Assembly: GCA_963700635.1 (NCBI GenBank) | Contig: CAVOYH010000003.1 | Coordinates: 128,001 to 192,000, forward strand | DNA: 64,000 nucleotides | Direction of reading: 5' to 3' | Source of the DNA: an uncultured Bacteroidota bacterium | Lineage (GTDB): Bacteria > Bacteroidota > Ignavibacteria > UBA10030 > UBA6906 | Shown here: positions 48,093-59,294 of the stretch, piece after piece | Numbering within the stretch: position 1 is the stretch's first letter | How the letters are laid out: each line of letters starts with the position of its first letter | Notes under the pieces: model-generated | What the model saw: only the letters and a program-made list of their open reading frames with translations | Databases searched by the model: none | What the model was told of the DNA's origin: nothing | Program-made: the position numbers and the translations under genes

Positions 48093-49535
48093 CACCGCTC
48101 CCAACATACCCATTCCCCATCCGATCGTCACTGCGGCAAGAACCCCGATCATCGTGTACCACGTCCAGGCAACGATGTTAAGTGAGATGACCGTCACCAT
48201 GACAAGGATACCCCCGACAAACCCGGCGAGCGCATCTTCCTGTGTCGGGCGCTTGAAGAGCACTCCGAGCAGGAATGTCCCCAGCAATCCGCCATAGGTG
48301 AAGGATGCGATGCTGAGGGCGAGCTCCACCACGGCCTGGCTTGTATTCATGAAGAAGAGTGCGGAGCAGACCAGAAGCACGGCCCAGAATGCGGTCACAA
48401 GGCGGGAGAGGCGGAGTTCTTTCTCGGGCGTGAATCGGGCCCCGGCACGCGGCTTGTAGAGATCCATCACCGTTGATGATGCCATCGAGCTCATGGAACC
48501 GGCCAGCGTCGATAACGCAGCTGCAAAGAGCCCGGCAATGATAAATCCTGACACGCCCGGCGGAAGTCCTTCGATAATGTACCGTGGAAAGATCTCGTCA
48601 GCTCTGCGGAGCCCCAGTTCTGCCAATCCCGCCCCGCCATAGTGGCCATACAGCAACACTCCCACCACCAGGAAGAGCGCAAACTGAACAATGATAATCA
48701 AACCACTTCCGATGAGTGCCTTCCGTCCGGCACGGACAGATTTTGTCGCGAGGATCCGCTGGACAATAAGCTGGTCGGTTCCGTGTGATGCCATGGAAAG
48801 GAATCCCCCGCCAAGGATCCCGGCAAAAAGCGTGTAGGGTGTCTTCCAGAAATCCGGACCAAATCCAAGATTGAAGACGTCGAATTTCCCGGCCTCCTGA
48901 GCCAGATGGGTGATCCCCGTCCACCCACCGTCATACGAAGTAATCAGCACAACCGCCGAGAGAATTGCCCCCCCCAGGTAGATGAACATCTGGATGGCAT
49001 CCACCCAGATGACACCCCGGACTCCGCCCATATACGTGTAGCCGAGCGCCACGACTGCAAGGATGATAATTGCCACGGGGTAGTCGATGCCGAGGGCAAA
49101 TTTCAGGGGGATGGCCGTGGCAAAGAGCCGCACACCGTCAGCGGCGATCCGAGTGAATAAAAACACAATCGAGGCAAAACTCCGGGTCTTTGATCCGAAC
49201 CGTCGTTCCAGAAACGCATACGCCGTGGAGAGTTCGCCCGTGGCGTACGCGGGAAGAAAAAGATAACTCACCGCAACCCGCCCGAGCAGATATCCCAGGG
49301 TTACCTGCAGAAAATTCAGGTTCGCCAGGTAGGCAAGTCCGGGTATGCTGATGAAGGTGAGGGTGCTTGTCTCTGCCGCAACAATCGAAAAGCAGACAAC
49401 CCACCAGGGAATGGTATCCCTGCCCAGGAAATAATCATTGGCGGATCGTTGTTTGCCACCCCGCCAGACGCCGAAGAGTGCGATCGCGGCAAGGTAGACG
49501 AGAACAATACCATAGTCGAGTGGTGTGAAGCCCAT
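48081..49535 (-). CDS. Sodium:solute symporter (SLC5/SSS family)
   Basis: DYFLG...PWWVVCFSIVAAETSTLTFISIPG, LERRFG, GGVRGVIWVD, SHGTDQLIVQR, AAALSTL; about 13 TM helices. Confidence 0.93.
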   Translation of the reverse strand: MGFTPLDYGIVLVYLAAIALFGVWRGGKQRSANDYFLGRDTIPWWVVCFSIVAAETSTLTFISIPGLAYLANLNFLQVTLGYLLGRVAVSYLFLPAYATGELSTAYAFLERRFGSKTRSFASIVFLFTRIAADGVRLFATAIPLKFALGIDYPVAIIILAVVALGYTYMGGVRGVIWVDAIQMFIYLGGAILSAVVLITSYDGGWTGITHLAQEAGKFDVFNLGFGPDFWKTPYTLFAGILGGGFLSMASHGTDQLIVQRILATKSVRAGRKALIGSGLIIIVQFALFLVVGVLLYGHYGGAGLAELGLRRADEIFPRYIIEGLPPGVSGFIIAGLFAAALSTLAGSMSSMASSTVMDLYKPRAGARFTPEKELRLSRLVTAFWAVLLVCSALFFMNTSQAVVELALSIASFTYGGLLGTFLLGVLFKRPTQEDALAGFVGGILVMVTVISLNIVAWTWYTMIGVLAAVTIGWGMGMLGAVKKK

Positions 49536-49793
49536 GGGGTCAGGAGATTGTGGATGTCGGTGAATGTTCGATTCTTCGGTCTGTCGCACACAAAGAGGCG
49601 AACGTGTGGGGATCAAGATACACTGATTGCCGGAGGCATGCAACTGGAGGGCATCGAAAAACACGGACTGCAGAGTGCAGTCGCCGGATCATCCGGAAGG
49701 AGAAACTTGATTTTCAGGATAGAATCGGGTAGGTTCGATCGTACCGGCGGGGATACCGCACATCCTTCTTTCACAACCGAATATCAAAGAGCC

Positions 49794-50285
49794 ATGGCCA
49801 TACGCATTTTTGTGACCGGCGGCACATTCGACAAAGAATACAACGAGCTTGAGGGCAAGCTCTTTTTCCAGGACACACATCTTCCGGAAATGCTTACGCT
49901 CGGGCGCAACAGGGTAGAGATCGCACTCAGGACATTAATGATGGTCGACAGCCTGGAGATGACCGATGCTGACCGCACACTGATCGTGGAACAATGCCGG
50001 CGAAGCAAGGAAAACAAGATCGTGATCACGCACGGCACGGACACAATGGACATTACCGCGCACACTCTGGGAAAGACCATCACGGACAAGACCATCGTCA
50101 TCACCGGGGCGATGGTTCCCTACAAGTTTGGCAGTTCGGATGGCCTTTTTAATCTTGGCAGCGCCCTCGCGTTTGTGCAGGTGCTTCCGCCGGGCGTCTA
50201 TATCGCCATGAATGGCAGGGTGTTTCACTGGGACAACGTGAGAAAGAACAAGAAGACAGGGGTGTTCGAGGAGCGCCCCGGTTAG
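49794..50285 (+). CDS. Short-chain L-asparaginase (N-terminal domain only)
   Basis: IFVTGGTFDKEY, DSLEMT, ITHGTDTM, ITGAMVP, FNLGSA, GVYIAMNG. Confidence 0.88.
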   Translation: MAIRIFVTGGTFDKEYNELEGKLFFQDTHLPEMLTLGRNRVEIALRTLMMVDSLEMTDADRTLIVEQCRRSKENKIVITHGTDTMDITAHTLGKTITDKTIVITGAMVPYKFGSSDGLFNLGSALAFVQVLPPGVYIAMNGRVFHWDNVRKNKKTGVFEERPG

Positions 50286-51178
50286 TACCGTTCCACCGTG
50301 ACACTTGACACACCGGCTTCGATATCCAGCGAGATCGTGCTCCGGGTGGTGCCGAAATTCTCGGTCCGGTATGTGCGGTCCCCGGTTTTCGTAAATCCCG
50401 CAAAATGTTTTGAAGAGAGCGCCGTCTCCACGTGGATTTCGCACGAAGCGGATTCGGGGACCAGGATCCGTATCGAGGATGCTCCCGCCGAAATATGCGC
50501 TGTCGTCTGAGGGGATCGGTCGCCAAGCGTGATCTTCATGCTTGATGCGCCGGCATTAACCTCCAGCCGTTCCACAATAAACGGCGTCAGATCACATGCC
50601 AGCTTTGCTGCGCCAATGTTGAGTTCCAGGTCCCAGACGGGCGCGGTGTGCAGCTTTGCGGTCACACGGTTGGCATAGTTCCCCAGCCTCCATCCCTTTT
50701 TCTTCCCTTCAAGTGATACGGTAAATGAGCGGCCATCCGCTGATTCAAACCGGTCGAGCGAATACTTCCCGATATTCGTCGTCGCCTGTATCGAGAGGAG
50801 ATCTCGCGAAGTGTCGGCAAGAGTAAACGCCCCCGCTCCCGATTCCAGAATGAACGAAGCCCGCCGCACGGAACTGTCCGCCGATTCCGTCAGAATCTGG
50901 GTTTCCGGAACCTGATCCCGGGACCAGTCAGGCCCGCATGACGACAGATTAAACAATGCCACGAAGAGAAACGCCAGGACAAAACCCGTAATTCCGGCGG
51001 CGACGGAGCGGATGACCTTTCCGCCGACAAGCAATGTAATACCCCAGAACAGAAGGACCAGGGGCCACAACCCCAACGCCACACCCCATTGCGCTGACAG
51101 GATGTCCACCTTCTCGGCGAACACCAGGAGACCGAGGGCGACAAAAAAGACCCCCCAGAAAAGCCGGCCGGATTTCAT
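50282..51178 (-). CDS. DUF5668 (LiaF-like TM domain) protein with beta-solenoid adhesin-like C-terminal region
   Basis: LFWGVFFVALG...LWPLVLLFWG; repeated xxxGAxxxxL motifs (NIGAAKL, NAGASSM, SAGASSI, EAGVSSV); AGGAGG before ATG 51178. Confidence 0.8.
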   Translation of the reverse strand: MKSGRLFWGVFFVALGLLVFAEKVDILSAQWGVALGLWPLVLLFWGITLLVGGKVIRSVAAGITGFVLAFLFVALFNLSSCGPDWSRDQVPETQILTESADSSVRRASFILESGAGAFTLADTSRDLLSIQATTNIGKYSLDRFESADGRSFTVSLEGKKKGWRLGNYANRVTAKLHTAPVWDLELNIGAAKLACDLTPFIVERLEVNAGASSMKITLGDRSPQTTAHISAGASSIRILVPESASCEIHVETALSSKHFAGFTKTGDRTYRTENFGTTRSTISLDIEAGVSSVTVERY

Positions 51179-51189
51179 TGTCTGCCTCC

Positions 51190-51405
51190 TCACTCTTTTC
51201 CATCTTCGCGGGAACGCCAGAGAAGTCCGGCCCCTATGGCAACAAGAACTAACGGCCAGAAATCACTAAAACGAACGTCCAAGAAATTGTCCGCAAGGAA
51301 AAGAAGTCCGAGCACGATGAGCACAAGACCCCCGATAACGCTCCCCCTGTCCCTCTTCCGCGGGGTTGTTGACGGCGTGGTGGATACCATGAACATGCCT
51401 TTCAA
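51190..51405 (-). CDS. Small LiaI/LiaF-like (DUF5668) two-TM membrane protein; start codon uncertain (51390/51396/51405)
   Basis: GGLVLIVLGLLFLADNF...DFWPLVLVAIGAGLL. Confidence 0.8.
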   Translation of the reverse strand: MKGMFMVSTTPSTTPRKRDRGSVIGGLVLIVLGLLFLADNFLDVRFSDFWPLVLVAIGAGLLWRSREDGKE

Positions 51406-51448
51406 TTGAACCTATGTGTAAAAAAGATAGAACCATCTCCGTTTGGTA

Positions 51449-51473
51449 TACGTAGAGCCGGCACAGATGTTGC
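51449..51473 (-). promoter_or_regulatory. Putative ECF-sigma promoter for the DUF5668 pair
   Basis: Minus strand GCAAC-N16-CGTA, matching the AAC-N16-CGT(A) layout of SigW-like ECF promoters. Confidence 0.6.
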
Positions 51474-51475
51474 TT

Positions 51476-54400
51476 CTACCGGACGATCTTTACCTTACCC
51501 AGTCCGGACGTTGAGGAATAGCGCCCATCGTACATCGCCTCCGCGACAACCGGTGGATAGACAAAATCTCCGGCCGTGACTGCCCGGACCGCATAGTAAA
51601 ACACCTGCTGCCGTTTGCCGCCCCGGAACGCGGTATACAGGTTGATCCGATCGTCACGGATGTCCATATACTCGGGGTGGGAGGCATTTTTCACGAACGG
51701 GTATTGAGTCGCCTCGGTCAGACGCGGGTTCTCTATTTCGAACCCGGCCGGCAACAAATCGCTCACCGCCACAAAATCAAGACGATCCACAGTGGACGTC
51801 ACCGTCAGCTTTATGACAAGCAGATCGTTCTGCCGGATTGCGGACAGATTTGCAGTCCCACCGGTACGTGTCAGGACTTCGCGGCGGACCTGAAGGTTCC
51901 GGTCTTCCATTTCAATTCTGCCGTCACTGCGGATCCCCTCGACCACCAGCGTATAATAAACACGGCCTGAGCCCTGGAGCGCAATCGTGACCGTCTTGCC
52001 CCATGGTTCCAGGTCTATCCGTTGCGTTCCTCCGTTGTACGCGATCTCCCGGGCACCGATCGATATTCTGCCGGTTACTTTTGTTGCCGCGGCCATCCGG
52101 GCGGCCTTGCCGAAGGCGAGGAGGGTAAACGCGTTGTCCTGCGTACTGTACCACCGGTCTCCCCGGTACGCTCTGGATAGATATTCCATCAGACGCGGGA
52201 CGTGTGGATTGTTGAGGTCGGACTCCAGAAGCACATTGAGCATGACCGCGGCGCACCGAACCGGCGAATCAAAACTGCCGCCGGAACTCCGCGATGGTTC
52301 GTCCACAGAGAATTGAGGCGGAAGGATATCGGCATAGGTCCGCCGGTCTCCGCTTAACGCGTACGCCCCCGCAAGCAGGTAGCGCGTATCCGTGGTGAGC
52401 AGATGACGCTCGTTACGATAGAAGCTCATGACAGACTGTTCAGGTTTTTTCGCCAGGGCCAGGACATACAGAGCATACAGGCAGCTCTTTGCAGCAATAC
52501 GCCGTACCACCGTGCGATTACCGTCGGCATACGTATAGTCTTCCGACTTCTTGTCCCGTGCAATCCTTGACAAAGCTCCCAGTGCGGCGTTCAGTGTGCC
52601 GTCCATGACCGCATACCCTGCCTTTCGCGCCTCGAGCAGGAAGTGCGTTGCATAGACTGTCGTCCAGTCATTACTTTCCGTTCCACCGGGCCAGTATGCA
52701 AAAGATCCGTCATGCAACTGTAACCCGGCGGTTTTCGTGATGGCTTCGTTTACAAAATACGTCGGGCTCCCGCCTGCCAGGGCGGCAGGAGAGAGAACAG
52801 ACGCGATGTCGCGCAGATATATTTGTGGGAATGCCCTGGAGACGGTCTGTTCGAGACACCCGTGCGGGTATCCGAGAAGATGTTTTAATTCACGCGCAAA
52901 GGAAGAGACCGGAAACGGGCTCAGAGCGAGATACGCCTGCCGGCCTGCAGGAAGATACACATCGGGCACCGTGTGCGCAACGGAAGTTCCTCCATCCACA
53001 AAACCCGCCTCTATGTCCGCCGCATACGGTGCAATGGGCCGCACGGGAATGTCGGATCTGGATTCCACGATCTCACCGAAAACTTTGGTCCGGATTGTGA
53101 CCGTTGCCTTGCCGATCTCCGGGCCGGCCGTCAGTTGAACCGGCACGAACCGTTCCTGGTTGGCGGCGATCTCAAGTTCAGGATTCTTCTGTGCAGCGCT
53201 CAGACTCCCCGTTGTCCCCACATCAAAGAGAAGGGTCGTGGACCGTGCTGTGGTATTAAAGGCAGTAAGCGGCATGATGAATACATCACCCGGACTGGCA
53301 AAACGGGGAAGCGCCGGCGTGATAACGATCGGGTCGGAGACCTTCATAGCCTTCTCCGCCGAGCCAAAGCGGTCTCCTTTATAGGCAAATGCCATAAGGC
53401 GAAGCTCGCCGCTGAATTCAGGGATATCCAGCGGGATCACCGCCTCTCCACCGCCATCTGTTTTTATGATCCCTGACCAGAGGGCCAGCGGCTTGAATCG
53501 TTGTACACCGAGGGGATTTGTCCGCTTCCCGACCTCCGCCTCACCGCCGCCTGTACTGCTGCTGCGTTTTCCCTTCCCGGGTTCCGGCAAGAGGTGTTTG
53601 AAAAAATCATAGGTTTCCGTCTCGAGTGCCTTGCGCGCATAAAAATAGCCGTATGGATCGGGAGTCTTGTAGTTCTTCACCTGACAGATTCCCTCATCCA
53701 CGGCGGCAAGCGTTAACGTCACCCCTGACTCACCGGCTATTGCCACCGTTACCGTCTGCGTCGTCTTCGGCCGGATTTTCTCGGGGGCCCTGATCTGTAC
53801 GTCCAGTTTGTTCTTCGGCTTTTCAACCATAAGAGGCGTAAAACCGTGTCCCGCCAGAAGGGGGATGGAAAGATCGGTAATCTTGCGGAACAGGACGGCA
53901 GACACGTAGACCGTCGGGAGATGCTGATCTTCAATGTCCATCTCCATGGAGGCGGCATTGTTCACAACATCCAGATACCGAAAGCTGAACACGCGGTTCC
54001 GTTCGACGGTGACGAGCATACGCCCGCTGAATGGCGTCTGGAAGAGAATGCGCGCCTTGTCGCCGGGAGCGTACACCTTCTTATCAAGCACGATATCTAC
54101 CCGGGCTTCCGGATCCACTTCGAACGATGTCACGTCCGATGTCCCCCAGCTGTAGGAATAGAACTGAATCTGGTTGTACCCGCTTTCTCCATCTTTGCCT
54201 ACCCGGAGTGCGTAGTCACCGGAACGCGGAACGCTGTACGAGTAGTCAACCGGGTTCTCCCCGAGTATAATCCGGTCGGACCTCACCGGAATTTCGCGGC
54301 GTTCGGAGACATACCGGAGGTTCTTTGTCTGCGGGTGCTGGCGGAGAATCGAGTGCCATTCATAGCGTACCAGGTTGACCCGCGCCGAGAATCCGCGGAG

Positions 54401-56918
54401 TGGCCGGTCTTCGGCGTCAACCGCTACAATCTGTACCTTCTGCGTCGTGTTCGGTGCCATGTAATACGGCCCGGTATTCCGGAGTCCGATAAAATAGGGC
54501 TTGGGGTAGACGAGTGTCTGGGCGATCTGATAGACGGGACGCCCCGATTCATCAAATACCCCCACACGCCCGCGTGCCCGTAGAAGACCGGTCGTCGTGA
54601 GTCCCGGGGGAATCGGAAACTCCACAACCGCTCCCCCCTCTGCGTCCGTACGTCCATTCACGACAAACGGGTCTCCTACGGTATTGTTTGCCGCATCATC
54701 CCAGAAACGGAATTCCGGAAATCGTTTTGACGTAAAGGGGACGACCGTGAACACACCCTCAAATTCCCAGTTACGGTCGGCGGCGGGAGGGCCGAAGAAG
54801 TTGGTTGCCTGGACGGTGTACTCAACGGTCTCTCCGGGTTTGGCCTTTTCTACCGAGGGATTCAGGTTCACCCGGAGCCGGTCCGGCACAAAATCCTCAA
54901 CGCTCACCCTGTAGGTCGTCAGAAATATTCCACTACCAGTGTAGAGTTCATATCTGTAATCACCGGTCGCAGATGACGAAGACGTACCGGTGGAGGTTTC
55001 AAAAGATCCTTCCTGATTCAGGATATGCTGGGTCTCCTGCAGGAGGGCTCCCCGGGGGCTGAACAGCTTCAGATGCACCGGCATTCCCGCCGGAACCGGT
55101 TGTGTTATATTCCGGACAACCCCTGCGACCACCATCCGTTCGCCGGGCCGGTAGATGCTCCGGTCGCCATACAGCAGTGCGTCAAACGGTCCACCCACAT
55201 CGCGCTTTCCGGCCACATCAAAACGTGATGTCTCAACACGATAGTCTTCCAGATTGAGAAAGTTGAAGTCGTTGTCAGCCTCGGCAGTCACCAGCTTAAG
55301 GGGGAATTCCTTGAACTTGTCCGTCAGGCCGGTAAAGTGCGCAACCCCACCTTCATCAGTTTTCCCCGAAATGATCACCTGGTTGTTCACTGACACCAGC
55401 GATACCGCTACATTTGCCATGGGCATGGTCGTCTGCAGATGCGTTGCGAACACCATTGCGCCATCCCGGTGCACTTTCACGATGAGGCCGATATCGGATA
55501 TGGAGATGAGTTTTGCCGTTGAACGCCACGCTTCTTCAGGATTGGCAATCTCAACGAGATAGAACCCCTTGTATCCCGTAGTAAGAAAAGGGGTCAACGT
55601 GAACGATGTCGTCATTTCACGGTTTGGCGGACTTGCGATGGTGAGTGTGTCGTACGACAGTTGTCTGCCGTAGTTGCCCACATAGTACCGATACTTCCTG
55701 ACCCAGGACTGGCTGCTTCCCTCTTCGTCTCCGTACTCTCCGTAGTACGAGTAGTCGTAAAACCTGCCGCCGTTCAGGAAGAAGACAAGGTTGTTCTGGA
55801 ATATCTGACTTACCCGTACAGCGAGCCGGGGGAGATTCACCGTCTTGAGCTCGATCGTTTTTTCTCCACCAAGCATCATATACATGCCGCTTGAGGAGAC
55901 AAAGCTGAAGGACGGGGCGATATTACCGATCACCAGATCCGCTTCATACTCATGGTCCGTTTTGCCCCCCAGAACGCTTGTCAGGCCGCTCCTGACCCGT
56001 ATCCGGAACGTCGCCCCCGGTTCGAACGTGCCCAGAAGAGTAAAGCCGTCACCATCATTCCGTACCGTGAACTCCCGGGTCGGTTCGAGTGTCACCGCTG
56101 CGCGGGCTACGTCAGAATCCACTTCCTGCGACGTCCGGATCTTGATCCAGCCATTTGTCCCGTCGGATCCAAAATCGTGACCCAGAATCTTGAGTTCTCC
56201 GAGCGGGGGCATACGATACACGAATGGTTCGGCCATCCGTATACGCGTTTGTGTTTCCGGGGATGTGAGGTCTCCGGCAAATGTTACCGCGATGGTCCGC
56301 TCCCGTTCAAATTGTGTTACGGTGCCGATCTCCAGTGCGATCACCGTGCTCTGTCCGGTAGTCACAACGCCTGCGATCGCGCGTTGTTCATTGTCAACCG
56401 TTACGCGGATTGCCGGAACAATATCCTGCGCATTCACCGCATAGGTGAACTCGAGATTTGCCCGGATGCCGATCTCTCGCCGCTCGCCGATGCGGTCGTA
56501 AAAAAACTCTGCGGTCTTCAACGTGAAGCTCTGCGGTGGCAAAAGAAAACTCGTCCGGTCCGTCAAACCCGGTCGCCCCGGAAAGCTGGGTAAGAAGAGC
56601 GGTATTTAACCGCGCGGTGAACCGTGCATCGCCGGGGAGCTGGCCGTCGGGACTGAATACCAGGCGTGTCGTGTCCTCCCAGATAAACTTGCCGGGAATG
56701 TCCGGCGAGAACCGGATGTACGGTGTTGAGGTCCATTGATTCATGGAATCCGGCGGCACCACTCCCCGGGAAAACGCAACGGGGAGAACAGCATCTCTGC
56801 CGAGAATGCCTGACGGCAGTGTCGTCGTAACACGGAGCAAGGCGGTATCCGGTCCGCCGCAACTAAAAAACAGAAATGCCAGGAACAGTGCGCACGGAAT
56901 ATGGACATGACGATTCAT
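51476..56918 (-). CDS. yfhM: Bacterial alpha-2-macroglobulin lipoprotein; one +1 frameshift near 56535
   Basis: Track ORFs 56394-56972 (lipobox FFSC, ATG 56918) and 51476-56566 join at GCC ACC [G] CAG AGC; SDIGL, DRSIYRPGE, AAVDEGI, YPHGCLEQT (thioester CxEQ), YSTQDNA, DLLPAGFEIEN, AEAMY. Confidence 0.92.
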
Positions 56919-56974
56919 AGGTTCTCCCGATTCACCGTAGGTGTGAGTACTCTTCGGTAGTGCACGTAACACAT

Positions 56975-59287
56975 TTAGAGCGCGTATTTCACGGCGATTC
57001 TCACCGTGGAGAGTCTTCCACGATCATCCAGACAGGATACTGCATGTGTTCCTTCATCAAGAGCGAAAAAAATCTTCTCCCCCGGTCGCTTGATCCCCAC
57101 ATAATGGTCATCAACATACCAGCGATGTTCCCGGACATCAACACTCGAGCCGGCCTGCAGGAGAAACTGCTGGCCGCGAGAGACCACGTAGTAGGTCATA
57201 CCTTCTGTCGGGCTGAGAATGGTGGGTCCTTCACCGGCAAACACGCGCGCGCAGTCAGGATTGTGTGGCGGGGCAACATCCTGTTTCACCCCCCGTGTCC
57301 GCCAGAAGTGGAGCAATTCCGCAGGATACTGTGCAAGTACTCGCGCGTGGTACGGGTGCGCCGCGAGGCACGTTGCGCAGTACGTGGTGCTCCCGTCCGT
57401 GGAAACAAGGAATTCCGTACAAATGTCGCATGGTGTTGTTCCGGACTGCCGTGCTGCATACATGTCCTCGATGAACCGCGAACAGAACGGTCCCGGTGGA
57501 CGGCCGCTCAGCGCGCAGACCCGCCGTACCAGTATTTCCGGAGGAACTGCGAGGATATGCTTCTGCGATGGTGTGGAGATCGAGCTAAGAATGTCGAGAA
57601 GCAACGGGGCGGCAGCCCGGCTTCCGACAAGCTCCGGATTCCCTTCGTTGGTCACGTTGCCAATCCAGACACCCACGGTATACCCGGCGGAGTACCCGAC
57701 GCACCAGGCATCGCGTCTTCCGTAACTTGTTCCCGTTTTGTATGCCACCCGCGGAAGGTGCATCGCGTACTCGAAGTTGTTCGGAAGATCGGGCCGCTGC
57801 AACCCCGAGAGAATGTGGGTAACCATGTACGCAGTTGCATTTGAGAACACCCTGCGCACTGCCGGGGTATCCGGTGCTTCCCGCTCCAGGAAGGTAAGCG
57901 GTTTCCATATCCCTCCCCGGGGAAACGTTGCGTAGGCGTTCGTGAGTTCGTCCAGCCGGACGCCGCATCCGCCCAGTATCATGCTCAGGCCAACCCGATC
58001 GCGCTGTCCCCGGAGAGAGACAAACCCGTGCCGGTCGAGGAATTTCTGGAATTCCGGCAACCCGGCCTGTTTCAGCATCCGCACCATCGGGACGTTGAGC
58101 GATCGCTGTAACGCCTCATCGGCATACACTACGCCGTCGTACCCGCCGTCATAATTTTCCGCATAGAAGCCCTCGGCATCATAGGGAGTATCGAGCACGA
58201 CGGTGCGGGGCGTAAGCTCACCCCGTTCGATCTGCAGCGCATACAACAACGGTTTTAGAGTCGACCCGGGTGACCGTACTGCCATTACCGCATCCACCTG
58301 CCCTCTTGCCGCGACATCATCGAAGTCTTCTGACCCGACATACGTCCGCACAGCACCGCTCGCATTTTCGACAACCACCACCGCTCCATTTCGCACTCCC
58401 AGCTGCTTCCATGGTCTCAGGTGATTGCTCAGCAGTTTTTCAACCCTGTCCTGCATATCCAGATCGATTGTGGTCCGGACGACGGCTGCTGACGGTGACA
58501 AACGGAATACACGCCATGCAAGATGGGGAGCACGCCTGGGAGGAAGCATACGGGTGGCCGAAGCAGGTGTGGCCCAGATGACCAGTGAATCCTGCGCGGT
58601 CAGGAACCCCTTTGTGATCCACCGCAGCGATTGCCGGCACCGCTCTTCGCGCAGACGATCCCCCCCCCTGTCCGGCCTCAACGCATTGGGATTGTTGGGG
58701 ATCAGTATGAGGTCCAGCAATTGCGCAATGTTCAACCGTTCAAGCGGTGTTTGATAGTACAACAACGAAGCAGACATGAGCCCTTCGATGTTCCCTCCGA
58801 GGGGCACCGTCGAAAGGTACATTTCGAGCAACTGATCCTTTGAATACATCCACTCAAGCTGAATCGCACGCACCATTTCAAAAATCTTATTCGGGATCGT
58901 GCGCTCTTTGGGTTCAAGAAGCCGCGCGAGCTGCATGGTTATTGTTGATGCACCGGAAACGCGACGACCGGCATAGAGATTCTGCACCGAAGCACGGAAA
59001 AGTGAAAACGGATTTACGCCTGGATGATAGTAGAACCAGCGGTCCTCTTTTTCAAGCAGAATGGTTTTCAGGCGTTCCGGAATTTCGTCCGGTGAGGTTT
59101 TGAGCCTCCAGACGCCGTCGGCAGCACGAAACGCGTGGACAAACCGCCCCTGACGGTCTTCCACCAGAAGGGAATACGGTTTGGGGTGCGGAAGCGGAAA
59201 CAGAATCCACCACGACCACACCAGGAGCCCGCCGGCCAGAAGCAGACCGGCAGACAAAAGGACGTGGCGGATGTATTTCACGGGCAT
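56975..59287 (-). CDS. pbpC: Penicillin-binding protein 1C
   Basis: EDRWFYYHPGVNP, GASTITMQ (transglycosylase); GSTLKP, SLNVP, KTGTS (transpeptidase fold); PBP1C-type C-terminal domain; adjacent to alpha-2-macroglobulin. Confidence 0.93.
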   Translation of the reverse strand: MPVKYIRHVLLSAGLLLAGGLLVWSWWILFPLPHPKPYSLLVEDRQGRFVHAFRAADGVWRLKTSPDEIPERLKTILLEKEDRWFYYHPGVNPFSLFRASVQNLYAGRRVSGASTITMQLARLLEPKERTIPNKIFEMVRAIQLEWMYSKDQLLEMYLSTVPLGGNIEGLMSASLLYYQTPLERLNIAQLLDLILIPNNPNALRPDRGGDRLREERCRQSLRWITKGFLTAQDSLVIWATPASATRMLPPRRAPHLAWRVFRLSPSAAVVRTTIDLDMQDRVEKLLSNHLRPWKQLGVRNGAVVVVENASGAVRTYVGSEDFDDVAARGQVDAVMAVRSPGSTLKPLLYALQIERGELTPRTVVLDTPYDAEGFYAENYDGGYDGVVYADEALQRSLNVPMVRMLKQAGLPEFQKFLDRHGFVSLRGQRDRVGLSMILGGCGVRLDELTNAYATFPRGGIWKPLTFLEREAPDTPAVRRVFSNATAYMVTHILSGLQRPDLPNNFEYAMHLPRVAYKTGTSYGRRDAWCVGYSAGYTVGVWIGNVTNEGNPELVGSRAAAPLLLDILSSISTPSQKHILAVPPEILVRRVCALSGRPPGPFCSRFIEDMYAARQSGTTPCDICTEFLVSTDGSTTYCATCLAAHPYHARVLAQYPAELLHFWRTRGVKQDVAPPHNPDCARVFAGEGPTILSPTEGMTYYVVSRGQQFLLQAGSSVDVREHRWYVDDHYVGIKRPGEKIFFALDEGTHAVSCLDDRGRLSTVRIAVKYAL

Positions 59288-59294
59288 GGCCGGC

